Shown: piece by piece, positions 1 to 9,650 of the stretch
Layout of the letters: each line of letters begins with the position of its first letter
How positions within the stretch are numbered: the first letter of the stretch is position 1
From: Thermodesulfobacteriota bacterium
GTDB lineage: Bacteria; Desulfobacterota; Desulfarculia; JACQYL01
Assembly: GCA_963675595.2 (NCBI GenBank)
Contig: CAXXLZ010000002.1
Coordinates: 4,224,001-4,288,000, forward strand
Direction: 5' to 3'
DNA: 64,000 bases
The notes under the pieces: model-generated
Seen by the model: only the letters and a program-made list of their open reading frames with translations
What the model was told of the DNA's origin: nothing
Database searches by the model: none
Made by a program: the position numbers and the translations under genes

Positions 1-1043
1 CCCGGCTGCCCGCTTTCGGCGACCAAGCGGCGCACTTGTTCCCAGAACCATGCGCTCTTTTTCTCAAGCTCGTCGTGGAAACCCGGTTCCATCAGAAGCT
101 TTAGACTCGCCAATCCGCTGGCCATGGCCAGGGGGTTTCCGGAGAGCGTGCCGGCCTGGTACACGTCGCCGTCGGGAGCCATGCGATCCATGTATTCGGC
201 CTTTCCCCCGAAAGCGCCCACCGGCAGCCCGCCTCCGATGATCTTGCCCAGGCAGGTGAGGTCCGGGGTGACCCCGAACCGCTCCTGAGCCCCGCCCAAA
301 GCAAGTCGAAAGCCGGTGATCACCTCGTCGAAAATCAGTAGAGCTCCGTGCTTGCGGGTCTCTTCCCTCAAGCCCTCCAGGAAACCGGGTTCCGGCGCCA
401 CCACGCCCATGTTGCCCGCCGCCGGTTCCACGATCACCGCGGCCACACGGTCCCCGGCGCGGTCCATAAGTTCCCGGAAAGCCGAAAGATCGTTGTACGG
501 CAGGGAAAGGGTGTTCTTGGTGATGTCCGCGGGCACTCCGGGACTGCCGGGAATCCCCAAAGTGGCCAAACCGGACCCCGCTTTCACCAGGAAACTGTCC
601 GCGTGGCCGTGGTAGCACCCGTCGAATTTGACGACCAAGTCCCGTTCCGTGACGCCTCGAGCCAAGCGAAGCGCGCTCATGGTCGCCTCCGTGCCCGAGT
701 TCACCATACGAACCTTTTCGATGGACGGAACGATTCCGACGATGAGCTCCGCCATTTCCACTTCCTTTTCCGTGGGAGCTCCGAAACTCGTTCCCTCCTC
801 CGCCGCTTCACGCACGGCCCGCACCACCGCTTCGTGCGCGTGCCCCAGAATCATGGGTCCCCAGGACGCCACGAAATCGATGTATTCTCTCCCGTCGGCG
901 TCATAAATCTTGGAGCCCGCGGCCTTGGCAATGAACAGCGGGTCGCGCCGAACCGACTTGCACGCTCTTACCGGGGAATTCACTCCTCCGGGAATCACCT
1001 TGCGTGCCCGCTCGAACAACCGGCTGGAAACAGTGTCCGTCAT
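1..1043 (-). CDS. hemL: Glutamate-1-semialdehyde 2,1-aminomutase (3' end outside window)
   Basis: Manual translation from ATG at 1043: [27 protein letters not shown]...[11 protein letters not shown]...GTSFGAPT...[19 protein letters not shown]...[11 protein letters not shown], all hallmark GSA-AT motifs. Not in the ORF track because it runs off the edge. Confidence 0.95.
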   Translation of the reverse strand, partial: MTDTVSSRLFERARKVIPGGVNSPVRACKSVRRDPLFIAKAAGSKIYDADGREYIDFVASWGPMILGHAHEAVVRAVREAAEEGTSFGAPTEKEVEMAELIVGIVPSIEKVRMVNSGTEATMSALRLARGVTERDLVVKFDGCYHGHADSFLVKAGSGLATLGIPGSPGVPADITKNTLSLPYNDLSAFRELMDRAGDRVAAVIVEPAAGNMGVVAPEPGFLEGLREETRKHGALLIFDEVITGFRLALGGAQERFGVTPDLTCLGKIIGGGLPVGAFGGKAEYMDRMAPDGDVYQAGTLSGNPLAMASGLASLKLLMEPGFHDELEKKSAWFWEQVRRLVAESGQP

Positions 1044-1044
1044 T

Positions 1045-1509
1045 TCAGAAATACCTCATGCTTGTTTTCTTATGCTCGGTGTGGCTGAAGAGAAGCTGAT
1101 ACTCGGAAATTCCGGCCTTTTCCGAAATTTCCCGGGCCAGTTCCCTGCATTCCTCTTCGGAAGCTCCGTGGATCATGGCGAACAGGTTGAACCTCCAATT
1201 CCCCATGGGAATCCGTCGATAGCAATGTGTGACCTGGGGATAGGCCACGATGGCCTCCGCCACTTCGTCCGCACGATCCTCCTCCACCAGGAAGGCGGCC
1301 ATGGCATTGGCCTCGAAGCCGGAGATCTGGTGGCGGATGGTGACTCCGAACCTGCGTATGATGCCTCTTTCCGACAGGCTGCGCAGACAATTCAGCACTT
1401 CCTGCTCCGAGATTCCCAAGCGACCCGCAATGGTCTTGAAGGGCCTTTGCTCTACGGCCAGATCTCCCTGAACCTGGGACAACACGCTTTTTTCCAGTTC
1501 CGTCAACAT
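1045..1509 (-). CDS. ahbB: Siroheme decarboxylase beta subunit (Lrp/AsnC-like, AhbB/NirH family)
   Basis: QGDL...[15 protein letters not shown]...[29 protein letters not shown]; directly upstream of hemL. Confidence 0.8.
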   Translation of the reverse strand: MLTELEKSVLSQVQGDLAVEQRPFKTIAGRLGISEQEVLNCLRSLSERGIIRRFGVTIRHQISGFEANAMAAFLVEEDRADEVAEAIVAYPQVTHCYRRIPMGNWRFNLFAMIHGASEEECRELAREISEKAGISEYQLLFSHTEHKKTSMRYF

Positions 1510-1605
1510 GACGCTCGCATTAGACCACCAGGCCTTTCAAGTCAAGGGTGAACAAACGGGGCCTGCGGCCGAATCATCTTGCCGTCGACCCCCTTCGAAT
1601 GGAGA

Positions 1606-2022
1606 TCATTCGGGCAGTGTTTTCACATAGTTCAGGATGTTCCATATGTCCTCTTCGGACAATACGGATTTCCAGGCCGGCATGGAGCCGTATCCGTTTT
1701 CAATGATCCCGAACAGCTCGCCTTCGGAGTCGGAGCGAACGGCGCGGGTGAGGTCCGCAGGCGGATGAGGAAGCATCCGGGCTTTGGGTCCGTCTCCCTT
1801 GGCGGATGTGCCGTGGCAGCCGACACAGAATGTGGTATACTTCGTCTTGCCCGCGGCTACGGAAGTCTCCGTCGAAGGAACGGGGTTTTCACGGTTCGCC
1901 GCCTCGCTGGTGACGGCTTCGGCTTCGTGACGTTCCTCGTCGCTGCTCAAGCCCGTCCCGGGAAACGACAGGAACAGCGAAAGAATCATACCCGTGCAAA
2001 GTAGAGCTCTAAATGGGCCCAT
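1606..2022 (-). CDS. Exported monoheme c-type cytochrome
   Basis: Signal-peptide-like N-terminus (MGPFRALLCTGMILSLFL), CVGCH heme motif, distal SMPAW. Start chosen at the ATG after an AAAGGAGG RBS. Confidence 0.85.
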   Translation of the reverse strand: MGPFRALLCTGMILSLFLSFPGTGLSSDEERHEAEAVTSEAANRENPVPSTETSVAAGKTKYTTFCVGCHGTSAKGDGPKARMLPHPPADLTRAVRSDSEGELFGIIENGYGSMPAWKSVLSEEDIWNILNYVKTLPE

Positions 2023-2450
2023 AACGCCTCCTTTGTCGTACGTTTTTGTGATGAAGCTCGATCCGACGGCCAAGGCCCCGGGATCGAGATTCTTCACGTA
2101 AGTTTGCCGGGATTCCTCCCGGGAGACCGACATGGACTTCATGGTATGAGAAACGGAAGCGTACGGGCAAGAAGAAACGGGTTCCATGCGCCTCGAAACC
2201 ACCGCGATCGAGAGTTTTTTTGAACATTCACCGGGGTGACTTCCGACAACGTCGCCCTCGTCCCCCTTCGAGGCTTTTCGAGGATGCCTCACCGCTTGGG
2301 CGGAGAAGGGGGCAAGAACTTGGTCCGCGGTGAGCATCCAGAGGGGTATCCGAGGGAACCCTCCAAAAAAACTTTATGTATTTTAGTACGTTGGACGGTA
2401 ATAGGCCCCTCTTTTTGCGAATTGTTTAGGCGATTCGCGGAAGCGCAACG

Positions 2451-2510
2451 GGGGTCCGGGAGACCGTAGGTTCCCCGGCAGGGGGTGCGGGGGACGGCGC
2501 CCCCCGCGGC
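2451..2510. repeat. GC-rich palindromic REP/MITE-like intergenic element
   Basis: GCGGGGGACGGCGCCCCCCGC hairpin; related to 5589-5625 (GCAGGGGGACGCCGTCCCCCTGC). Confidence 0.5.
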
Positions 2511-2645
2511 ACAACTCCTGAACAGGTACGGGTTGCGCACCAAAAACCTGGAAGCCCAAAAGCTTCACGAAGGGCGCCCTGACGGCCCGATGAATACGTG
2601 CACTTTTTCCACAATGGTTCAAACGCCGCTTCAAGGAGAACAATC

Positions 2646-3128
2646 ATGGCTCACAAAATCCTCATCGCCCTGGATACTTCGGATGACGCTGCAAAGTGCG
2701 TGAACTACGTGGCGGGTGTGGTGTCGAAAGACGTACACGTAACGCTCCTGCACGTTTTTCCCAAGATTCCCGCCCTGAATCTGGGGATGGACACCCTGAT
2801 CACCAACCATTATCCGCCGTTCAGCGAACGGGTGAAAGAGTTGGAGACCTGGGTCGAGCAGGAACGCATGTCCATGGAGCGCATCATGAAGGAGGCGGTG
2901 GAAACCTTGACCAAAGCCGGTATCGATCCGCACCACATCGAAACCCGGATCTCGGACCAAAAGGAAGGCGCGGCCCGGGACATTCTGGCATTGGTGAAGG
3001 AGGAGGCCTACAATACCGTGGTGGTGGGCCGCAGGGGCATTTCGGCCACCGAGGCCTTCTTCATGGGGAGCGTATCCAACAAGGTCGTTCACCACGCCAA
3101 GGACTGCGCCGTCTGGGTGGTGGAATAA
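2646..3128 (+). CDS. Universal stress protein (UspA family)
   Basis: KILIALDTS...VVVGRRG...FMGSVSNKVVHHAKDCAVWVV; AAGGAG RBS. Confidence 0.93.
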   Translation: MAHKILIALDTSDDAAKCVNYVAGVVSKDVHVTLLHVFPKIPALNLGMDTLITNHYPPFSERVKELETWVEQERMSMERIMKEAVETLTKAGIDPHHIETRISDQKEGAARDILALVKEEAYNTVVVGRRGISATEAFFMGSVSNKVVHHAKDCAVWVVE

Positions 3129-3196
3129 GCCTTAGGTTGCATGGATTCCCGGGGTGCGCTTTTGGGGCTTCTTGTTTGAATGACTAAAAAGGCCAC

Positions 3197-3330
3197 CGGG
3201 GGAACACCGTTCCCCCGAACCCCCTCCCAAAGCACGTTGGACAGGCCTATCCGCTGAAAGCGGTGAGGCCCGCTTCAGAAGTTTTGAAGGGGGGACAAGG
3301 GGGGGAACTTTTCCAAAAGTTCCCCCCCTT
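3197..3330. repeat. Palindromic REP/MITE-like element between convergent genes (possible terminator)
   Basis: GGGGGAAC-ACC-GTTCCCCC and GGGGGGGAACTTTT-CC-AAAAGTTCCCCCCC hairpins; a similar motif lies at 5291-5340. Confidence 0.5.
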
Positions 3331-3353
3331 GAATGATTAAGTCCGGCAGTCTG

Positions 3354-5222
3354 CTATAGATCATACTTGGACAGCCGTTTCAGCGCTTCCAGAAAGCCCC
3401 GTGCCTGGTTCAGGTGGCCTCGCCACACTTCCGGCACCCAGGAGCCGCGATAGTCCTCAAATAGAGGCATCACCGCGTCGAAGTCGATTTCTCCCTCCCC
3501 GATCTGCACGCCTTCTCCGTCCAAACCGTACCCGTCGGCGAAATGAATATGCCGGATGTGCGGCTTCAACTCGGCCGTGAATTTGGTCAAGTCGCGGTCC
3601 TTGGCGTTGCAGTACAAGGCGGCGTGGGAGAGGTCGAAACAGAATCCCGCCCCGGTGCGCTCGCAGAACTCGAGAATCTCCTTGGTATCCATGAAGTAAT
3701 TCCCTTTCCACTGGCCGCCGAAATACCAGGGATAGGGGGGCAGATTCTCCATGAGGAGTTCCACTTCGTCCGTCTGAATCTGCTCCCAGGAGCGGCAGAG
3801 ATTCCGCCGCAGAGGATCGCGAGGGAGCTTCTCGTTGATGCTCATGGCGCCGGGATGCACGATCACCTTGGGCTTGCCCTGGAACCACTTGCTCAGGCGC
3901 ACCGCCAGGCGCGTGGATTTGCGGACCTGCTCCACGGACAGACCGCGCAGGTCCTCATCGGACGTGCAAAGGTCCAGCAGTCGTTCGCCCAGATATTCGG
4001 GCGCGTGCACCACCAGGCCTTGGCCGTAGACCTGATTGGGGGTGAAACCGATTTCGAGGTCTTGTTCGGCCAGGTGGAATTCCAACACCTTGGGGTTGAA
4101 GGACGCCATGGTGTCCGCGTCCCCGAATCGTGCGATGAGCCCCCACAGGCTGCGGAAAGCGTTGGTGAAATCCCCCTGCGTCGGTCCGGAAACGTCCTCC
4201 TCGGTGAACATCTCCCCGGCCTGAAAATCCCTCCGCGCCGCCGCGCCCACCACTTCGGGCAGACGGCAGGGTGCCAGGCCCTTTCCCGGTCCCCGGATAT
4301 CCAGCATTTCTCGCTGGATCACCGCGCCTCTCGGGATGGTTTGCGAAGCCACAATGCTTTTGGCGAACACCTCTCGATTGAGAATTTCCCCTTGAAGCAG
4401 GAAACGTTTGCTTTTTCCCAGGGCCTGGTCGGCCACGCGAATATCCCTCACCAGGCGACGGAACTCGAAAGGTTCCAGGCTCACCTTGTGGTCGGGACCC
4501 GCAAGAGTCTTGTCCAGAGTCAGGTGCTTTTCGATGATGGAGGCCCCCATGGAGGCGGCCACCAGGGATACGGTGATGCCCACGTCATGACTCGAATAGC
4601 CCACGGGGCATCCGAACTGCTTGAGCTTGAGCATCATCTTGAGGTTCACTTCCCGGGCCCAAACGGGATACACGCTGCGACAATGGAGAAAGGCGAAAGG
4701 AACCCCGGCCCGACGCAGCACCTCCACCGCGGTTTCGATTTCGTCCCAGTAGGACATGCCCGTGGAAACGATCATGGGCTTGCCGGCGGAGGCCACGGTT
4801 TCCAAATGAGGAATATTGGTCAGGTCCGCGGAAGCGATCTTGTAGGCGGGCACCCCCAATGTTTCGAGGAAACGAAAGCTGGGTTCGTCAAAAGGCGTGC
4901 ACAGGAAGTCGAGCCCCAGGTCCTCCGCCTGTTGTTTGAGCTCCCGATAGGCATCCTCGGACAATTCCACCTGCTTGAGAATGGGGATCATATACTGGAA
5001 ATGCTGCTCGAACCGATGCGTCTCTTCAATGACTTCGCGGGGATAAAGGCTCTGAAGACGGCGCTTCTGGAACTTCACCGCGTCGGCCCTGCAGTGAGCC
5101 GCGGCTTCCACGAGCCGCCGGGCACGGTCCAGGTCGCCGTTATGATTGATCCCGATTTCGGCGATCACATACGTGGGTTGATTGTCGCCGATGGTCGAAG
5201 AGCCTATGGCAAAGGATTTCAT
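3354..5222 (-). CDS. N-acetylneuraminate-synthase (NeuB) family protein with SAF domain and C-terminal TIM-barrel (xylose isomerase/AP endonuclease 2-like)
   Basis: IAEIGINHNG, ADAVKFQKR, YKIASADLTN, IVSTGMS, IIEKHLTLD; C-terminal LLMENLPP, FDLSHA, HIHFADG. Confidence 0.88.
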   Translation of the reverse strand: MKSFAIGSSTIGDNQPTYVIAEIGINHNGDLDRARRLVEAAAHCRADAVKFQKRRLQSLYPREVIEETHRFEQHFQYMIPILKQVELSEDAYRELKQQAEDLGLDFLCTPFDEPSFRFLETLGVPAYKIASADLTNIPHLETVASAGKPMIVSTGMSYWDEIETAVEVLRRAGVPFAFLHCRSVYPVWAREVNLKMMLKLKQFGCPVGYSSHDVGITVSLVAASMGASIIEKHLTLDKTLAGPDHKVSLEPFEFRRLVRDIRVADQALGKSKRFLLQGEILNREVFAKSIVASQTIPRGAVIQREMLDIRGPGKGLAPCRLPEVVGAAARRDFQAGEMFTEEDVSGPTQGDFTNAFRSLWGLIARFGDADTMASFNPKVLEFHLAEQDLEIGFTPNQVYGQGLVVHAPEYLGERLLDLCTSDEDLRGLSVEQVRKSTRLAVRLSKWFQGKPKVIVHPGAMSINEKLPRDPLRRNLCRSWEQIQTDEVELLMENLPPYPWYFGGQWKGNYFMDTKEILEFCERTGAGFCFDLSHAALYCNAKDRDLTKFTAELKPHIRHIHFADGYGLDGEGVQIGEGEIDFDAVMPLFEDYRGSWVPEVWRGHLNQARGFLEALKRLSKYDL

Positions 5223-5836
5223 AAGGCGTACGCCGGCACCTTCATAAACGAGATGAATGGGAATCAGTCAGTGAGTCATTGCGGGGCACCCGGGGAAACT
5301 TTTGAAAAAGGTTTTCCCGGACCCTTTCCCAAACTTTTTGAGCGGGTTGCTCGCTTGCGCGTCGCAACCGGGGCCTGGGGGCTTTTCGGACAAGCTGCCG
5401 CGCACCCCCTTTCCAAGCCGTCTGAGTAGGCCTCACCGCCTTCGGCGGAGAAGCTCACGGTGAAGCAGAATCTCCAAGCCGAAGAAATACGGAATACAGA
5501 AAGATTGCTCCCGCATTATAACCGGTCGGCGGCCTCTCTTCCACTCGGGAAAGGCCACCGACGCAGGAAACCGCTGGACCTATTCACGGGGTGCGCCGCA
5601 GGGGGACGCCGTCCCCCTGCACCCTCAGGCCGTAGGGGACCAATGGCTGCCCCCGGATATCCCTCTGAATGCGCACAATCCGTTAATAACGGAATCGGCG
5701 GATTCGGCAAAAACTCAATGCTTCCGCATCCATTGAATATTCCAAGGATCGGATGGGCTTCGGCGTGGAGACCAAGAAAGCATTGTCTCTCGAAAGCGTC
5801 GGCATGGGAAGCCGTCCGAAAACCGGTGAAAAATTC

Positions 5837-5866
5837 TTGACAACCGGGCACGAGGGCGCTTATAAG
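5837..5866 (+). promoter_or_regulatory. Sigma70-type promoter of tRNA-Phe
   Basis: TTGACA (5837-5842), 18-nt spacer, TATAAG (5861-5866), 13 nt before the tRNA. Confidence 0.7.
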
Positions 5867-5879
5867 AGGCTTTCGCAGC

Positions 5880-5955
5880 GCCGAGGTAGCTCAGCCGGTA
5901 GAGCAGGGGACTGAAAATCCCCGTGTCGGCGGTTCAATTCCGTCCCTCGGCACCA
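5880..5955 (+). tRNA. tRNA-Phe(GAA); probable integration site
   Basis: GCCGAGG acceptor stem, D-arm TAGCTCAG..GGTAGAGC, anticodon loop CTGAAAA, T-loop GGTTCAATTCC, encoded CCA; 76 nt. Confidence 0.97.
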
Positions 5956-6477
5956 CAGATTATTCAGTGATTAGAGGGGGTTACGTTGCCGCCGTGCCCC
6001 CTCATTCTTTTTCTGATGCTTTGCTGTGTGTCATTTGGTGTGTCACTCTTTCTGATTCGTGCGATTCGTTCATTACTTTTTCAAACAAATCCATTGCGTC
6101 TCGGTCACTATCACCAATGCGATGGAGATATATCTCAGTGGTCGTGCGGTTCTCGTGGCCAAGTATCCGTTGAATGCCTCCGAGGTTGACGTTGGCCACG
6201 TCGAGAACAGACGCTCCAAAGTGGCGGAAGGCATGAAAACGAAAATACCTTACCCCTGCCTTCTGACAAAGTCGTTTCATTAGTTTCTTGCGATCCTGAT
6301 AGGGCCCCTCGATAATTCTTCTTTGAGTTCTGCTCCAGTATTTATGCCAGAATACCCATGGCTTAGAGATATCGCGCTTGGCAAACCGCTTGGTTAAGAT
6401 TTGAAATAGCTTGTTAGTCATTGCAACTCTTCTTGGAGTTAGATGGCCTCCTCTTTTCTTGCGAGTATAAAGTACTA

Positions 6478-8027
6478 CTAGAGTTTAGAGCCATGCGGGG
6501 CAGCCAAGTTTGTATAGAAGAGCATAGTTCTCCAAGACGGGTTGAATACCGTTGACGTAAGGCTTTGAGATGATTGACTGAACACGGATATCAGGCAGCG
6601 CGCCCCAAGTCTTCCGGAGAATCGGTGAATTCCGGTTGGAATTTTTTGGATTTCCGGTTCCACATGGCTCGCACGTTTAAGTTGCCGAAAAGACGACCGA
6701 TGGCTGCGGCCATCCAGCCGGCGGTGGCGGGCCTGTTCTTTCTCCAAGGGATTGGAAACATCGTATAGGCCGCGTTGGGACCCAGGCAGAGCGCCAAGAG
6801 CCGTGGCAAGCCGTAGGCCAGGCACAAGATCATGCTCCATCGAGCCAATGTCTGCCGTGTCTGCTGCCAAGCATTTTTCAGTCCGAACAGGTGCTTGATC
6901 TCGTTGAACATGGGCTCGGTCCACCATCGTCGTGCATAGCGTGTAATCACTTCCGCGCCGTCCATGTCGGGATCGGTACTGATCAGAAGATGCCAATCGG
7001 ACCAAGAGGGGTTGTCGGACATAAACCGGCACCACACGATCTTGCACAACCGGCCGTCCAGGAAGCGGACTTTGGCTTTGGTTTGGTAGAACTGGAAAAC
7101 TCGTTCCGAGCCGTAGGCAAAGAGGGTTTTCTCCACCGGACGACAGAATCGTCCGATGTTTTCCAACGTGAGTTTTTCCCCATACTTTCTGGGTCTGCCC
7201 CGTTTCTTCCGAGGCGGATTGTCCGGAGGCAAAAACAGGGCGGTATCTTTGCGGACTTGGCCGATGACCGTCACACCATCGCGAATCAGGGGAACCACCA
7301 GGGAGCTTTTCATATACCAGGCATCGAGCAGCAGAATAATGAGAAAGCGATCCGGCAGCCAAGTCATGAGAACGGACATCAAGAGCCGCGCCGCGTCCAG
7401 TTTGGTGGTGTTCCCTTTTTTGCGGATGAGCCGAAACAAGAGGGGAAACGCGGCTACCCGGCCCTTGTGGCGGCAGATGACAGCCAGAGAAACCCGAAGC
7501 TGTCCCCACAGGAATTTGGGGCGGTTGGGCCGGTGCGCGTGATCGTAATGCCAACCGGCGCAGGGAGCTTTCTTGGACGATCTGGGCAAAGGGAAGTCGT
7601 CTATGGCGAACTCGATGGATCGGTTTGGAATCCGTTTCAGGATCAGGCGCATCCATTGCCGGGCTAGCGCAAGCCATTGGAATCGGCCCTTTTCGATGGC
7701 CTTGTAATAGGCGGTCCAGGACAACTGGGGCCGAACGGCCAGAAGCGCGGAAGAAATATGGCCGCCGCGGCAGACCATACATCCCATCAGGAGTTCCAGA
7801 AGAGTCGGAGCTATTCTGCACGGAACGGCCTGAAATAGAAAGGAAATCCACTGCGATAGGAGCATAAGTGCTTGAGCCGTCGAATCCATTGGTTGACCCC
7901 CAAGGAAAGGTTTCTTTCCTTAAAGGGCCGCCAAAGGCGGCCGCGCATCCGCGCGGCAATGTCAAGTACTTTGTTGTCTTTATTCGCATTTTTCCTATAC
8001 CAAGGGTCGCCAGACTCTAAACTCTAG
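6478..8027 (-). mobile_element. IS701-like insertion sequence, 1550 bp
   Basis: Perfect 13-bp terminal inverted repeats CTAGAGTTTAGAG (6478-6490 / 8015-8027); 8-bp direct repeat AAGTACTA at 6470-6477 and 8028-8035. Confidence 0.92.
6591..7889 (-). CDS. DDE transposase (IS701-like)
   Basis: FAIDD, LLDAWY, and Y-x2-R-W-x2-E-x6-K (YARRWWTEPMFNEIK). Confidence 0.9.
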   Translation of the reverse strand: MDSTAQALMLLSQWISFLFQAVPCRIAPTLLELLMGCMVCRGGHISSALLAVRPQLSWTAYYKAIEKGRFQWLALARQWMRLILKRIPNRSIEFAIDDFPLPRSSKKAPCAGWHYDHAHRPNRPKFLWGQLRVSLAVICRHKGRVAAFPLLFRLIRKKGNTTKLDAARLLMSVLMTWLPDRFLIILLLDAWYMKSSLVVPLIRDGVTVIGQVRKDTALFLPPDNPPRKKRGRPRKYGEKLTLENIGRFCRPVEKTLFAYGSERVFQFYQTKAKVRFLDGRLCKIVWCRFMSDNPSWSDWHLLISTDPDMDGAEVITRYARRWWTEPMFNEIKHLFGLKNAWQQTRQTLARWSMILCLAYGLPRLLALCLGPNAAYTMFPIPWRKNRPATAGWMAAAIGRLFGNLNVRAMWNRKSKKFQPEFTDSPEDLGRAA

Positions 8028-8472
8028 AAGTACTACATAGCGATCTCTAAAGTTAACATCATCCCACTTTAGGTTGTTTATCTCGCTCATTCTACCCATG
8101 GTCTCTATAAAACAGCAAAGATATTCCTTGTCATCAGTATCTGCTACATTTATTACTTCCGTTATATCTTCTTTGGAAGGTACATAAACAGCCGTTTTTG
8201 TCATAGGAAAAAATTCTATCCCTGAGGTAGGGTTTTTGTCTATCCATCCTTGCTTTAATCCATAATTAAAAGTACTACGCAAGTATTTAAGATACTTATT
8301 TGCATTTTTTGCCGATGAAATGGAGACATTGAGCAAATATGATTCAATCATGTCTCTAGAAATACTACTACATGGGACGTTCCCCCATCGTGCTATCCAT
8401 TTTCTGCCGAGATAAACATGATCCATGTAGTGCTTATGGGTATTGTAGGCTTTGACATGGTCTATTCGGCGA

Positions 8473-8859
8473 TTAACGAGGTCCAAGAAGGCCATGCCTG
8501 TTGGGGTCGTCTCCGCTATCGCCGCCGGTTCCTCCCGGATTTCGATCCTTCGTTCTTCTTCGGGATCCGGCAGTCCCTTTTGTATCGCCTCCTTTCTTTT
8601 CGATTCCGCTATCCTCGCTTCGTTCTTCGTCGCGTAGAAGCCTTTTGCGTAGCGGTTTTTGTTGAGGTAGAAATTGTACCTCCAGCCTTTGTTTTGAACG
8701 AAAAATACGCTCATAGAGGTCCTCCTTTGACGGAAAAACAAGAGAACCCCCAAGCTTCCGACCGCCAAGTTCCTTCCAGTGCCGGTAGACCCAACTCCGG
8801 CTCTTCTTCAGAAACCTGGCGACTTCCTCAGGGGTTTGGATTAGAGGACTCTCGGACAT
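8473..8859 (-). CDS. Excisionase-like helix-turn-helix protein overlapping the integrase 5' end
   Basis: TPEEVARFLKKSRSWVYRH resembles the HTH_17/Xis motif; GAGGTG RBS; lies immediately upstream of int. Confidence 0.65.
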   Translation of the reverse strand: MSESPLIQTPEEVARFLKKSRSWVYRHWKELGGRKLGGSLVFPSKEDLYERIFRSKQRLEVQFLPQQKPLRKRLLRDEERSEDSGIEKKGGDTKGTAGSRRRTKDRNPGGTGGDSGDDPNRHGLLGPR

Positions 8860-8936
8860 AAGTCAACACCTCGGACCGGACTGCACCGGCAAGCCGGCTT
8901 CATTCCGAAAAAACCACATAACTTTTTGGAATCATT

Positions 8937-9170
8937 TTACTTTCTCAAGAGCTTCATCACTCCGACAACGATAATCCCGATGACCGCAAGCTTTGCCACC
9001 GAAGTGACAGGATCACCGGAATGATGAGCGCCCCGACTTCCAACATCCCAGGCAGTCTTCATCGCATCACCGAATTCCGACACCGTACCGGCAACCGTCG
9101 AAAGAATCGACGGCAGGTACACGGCAAGAAGAACGATCATGATCGCAAGAAATACGTTCCGCCATTCCAT
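8937..9170 (-). CDS. Small two-TM membrane protein
   Basis: Two hydrophobic segments; AGGTGAT RBS 5 nt before the ATG. Confidence 0.7.
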   Translation of the reverse strand: MEWRNVFLAIMIVLLAVYLPSILSTVAGTVSEFGDAMKTAWDVGSRGAHHSGDPVTSVAKLAVIGIIVVGVMKLLRK

Positions 9171-9500
9171 ATGGGATCACCTTTCTTGAAAGGGTTTCAT
9201 GAAGAAAGTGTCCGCTGAAGCTGAAATGTGTTCCTTCTTCTCCCGACCGGAGAATTCTGCTTCCTTTTCCACCGGCGCTTCGAACCTCTCCATCGATTGG
9301 GATGCCATCTCCTATCAAAGCCGCTCTGCGGACAGCTTCGGTGAACTGAAATCGAAATCTTACTCTGTCCAAATCCCGGCCTGGTACCGCGAACTGATTG
9401 GTGACAACGTCATGAAGACCGACAAAATTGGCCCCATCGCAGGAACGCTTGCAGGCCTGGCCCTCGTTTCCGCCATCCTCACAATCGCCGGCCTTGCCTG

Positions 9501-9538
9501 GAGAAACGCGAAAAGAGAAACGCGAAAAGAGAAACGCG
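9501..9538 (+). repeat. 14-bp tandem repeat (GAGAAACGCGAAAA x2.7)
   Basis: Read directly; lies within a single-TM ORF that starts at ATG 9412. Confidence 0.85.
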
Positions 9539-9611
9539 GTTTCCTCGATAGCAAAACCGATCTTAGAACGAATTCTATCTCACTTTTCCCGGCGATCACT
9601 CCCATCCACAT

Positions 9612-9628
9612 CCGAAAACTATTTATAC
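9612..9628 (+). promoter_or_regulatory. Archaeal-type BRE+TATA-like motif CCGAAAACTATTTATAC
   Basis: 16-mer identical to 50372-50387 (minus strand); ATG 23 nt after the 16-mer, no RBS. Confidence 0.55.
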
Positions 9629-9650
9629 CCGCGCTTCCCGATCATCCAAT

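Larger units (their letters stand above)
6002..8714 (-). pseudogene. Tyrosine recombinase/integrase interrupted by an IS (384 aa when reconstituted)
   Basis: Joining 8714-8028 to 6469-6002 restores the frame (...DRYVVL|YTRKKRGG...). Catalytic motifs present: TMGRMSEI, HAFRH, LGH, TEIYLH. Confidence 0.92.

Noticed and set aside
348-1088. 246-aa plus-strand ORF and neighbouring ORFs
   Set aside because: Antisense to hemL, which is the real gene here.
3543-5429. 628-aa plus-strand ORF
   Set aside because: Antisense shadow of the NeuB-family gene; no recognisable motifs.
5930-5955. Second att copy of the tRNA 3' end within the window
   Set aside because: Not noticed by eye; it probably lies beyond 64000, and an exact search is needed.
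6478-7989. 503-aa ORF spanning the IS
   Set aside because: Alternative frame of the DDE transposase; low-complexity composition and no motifs.
8914-8929. Seventh BRE/TATA-like motif (CCAAAAAGTTATGT, minus) upstream of xis
   Set aside because: TATA part too degenerate to count.
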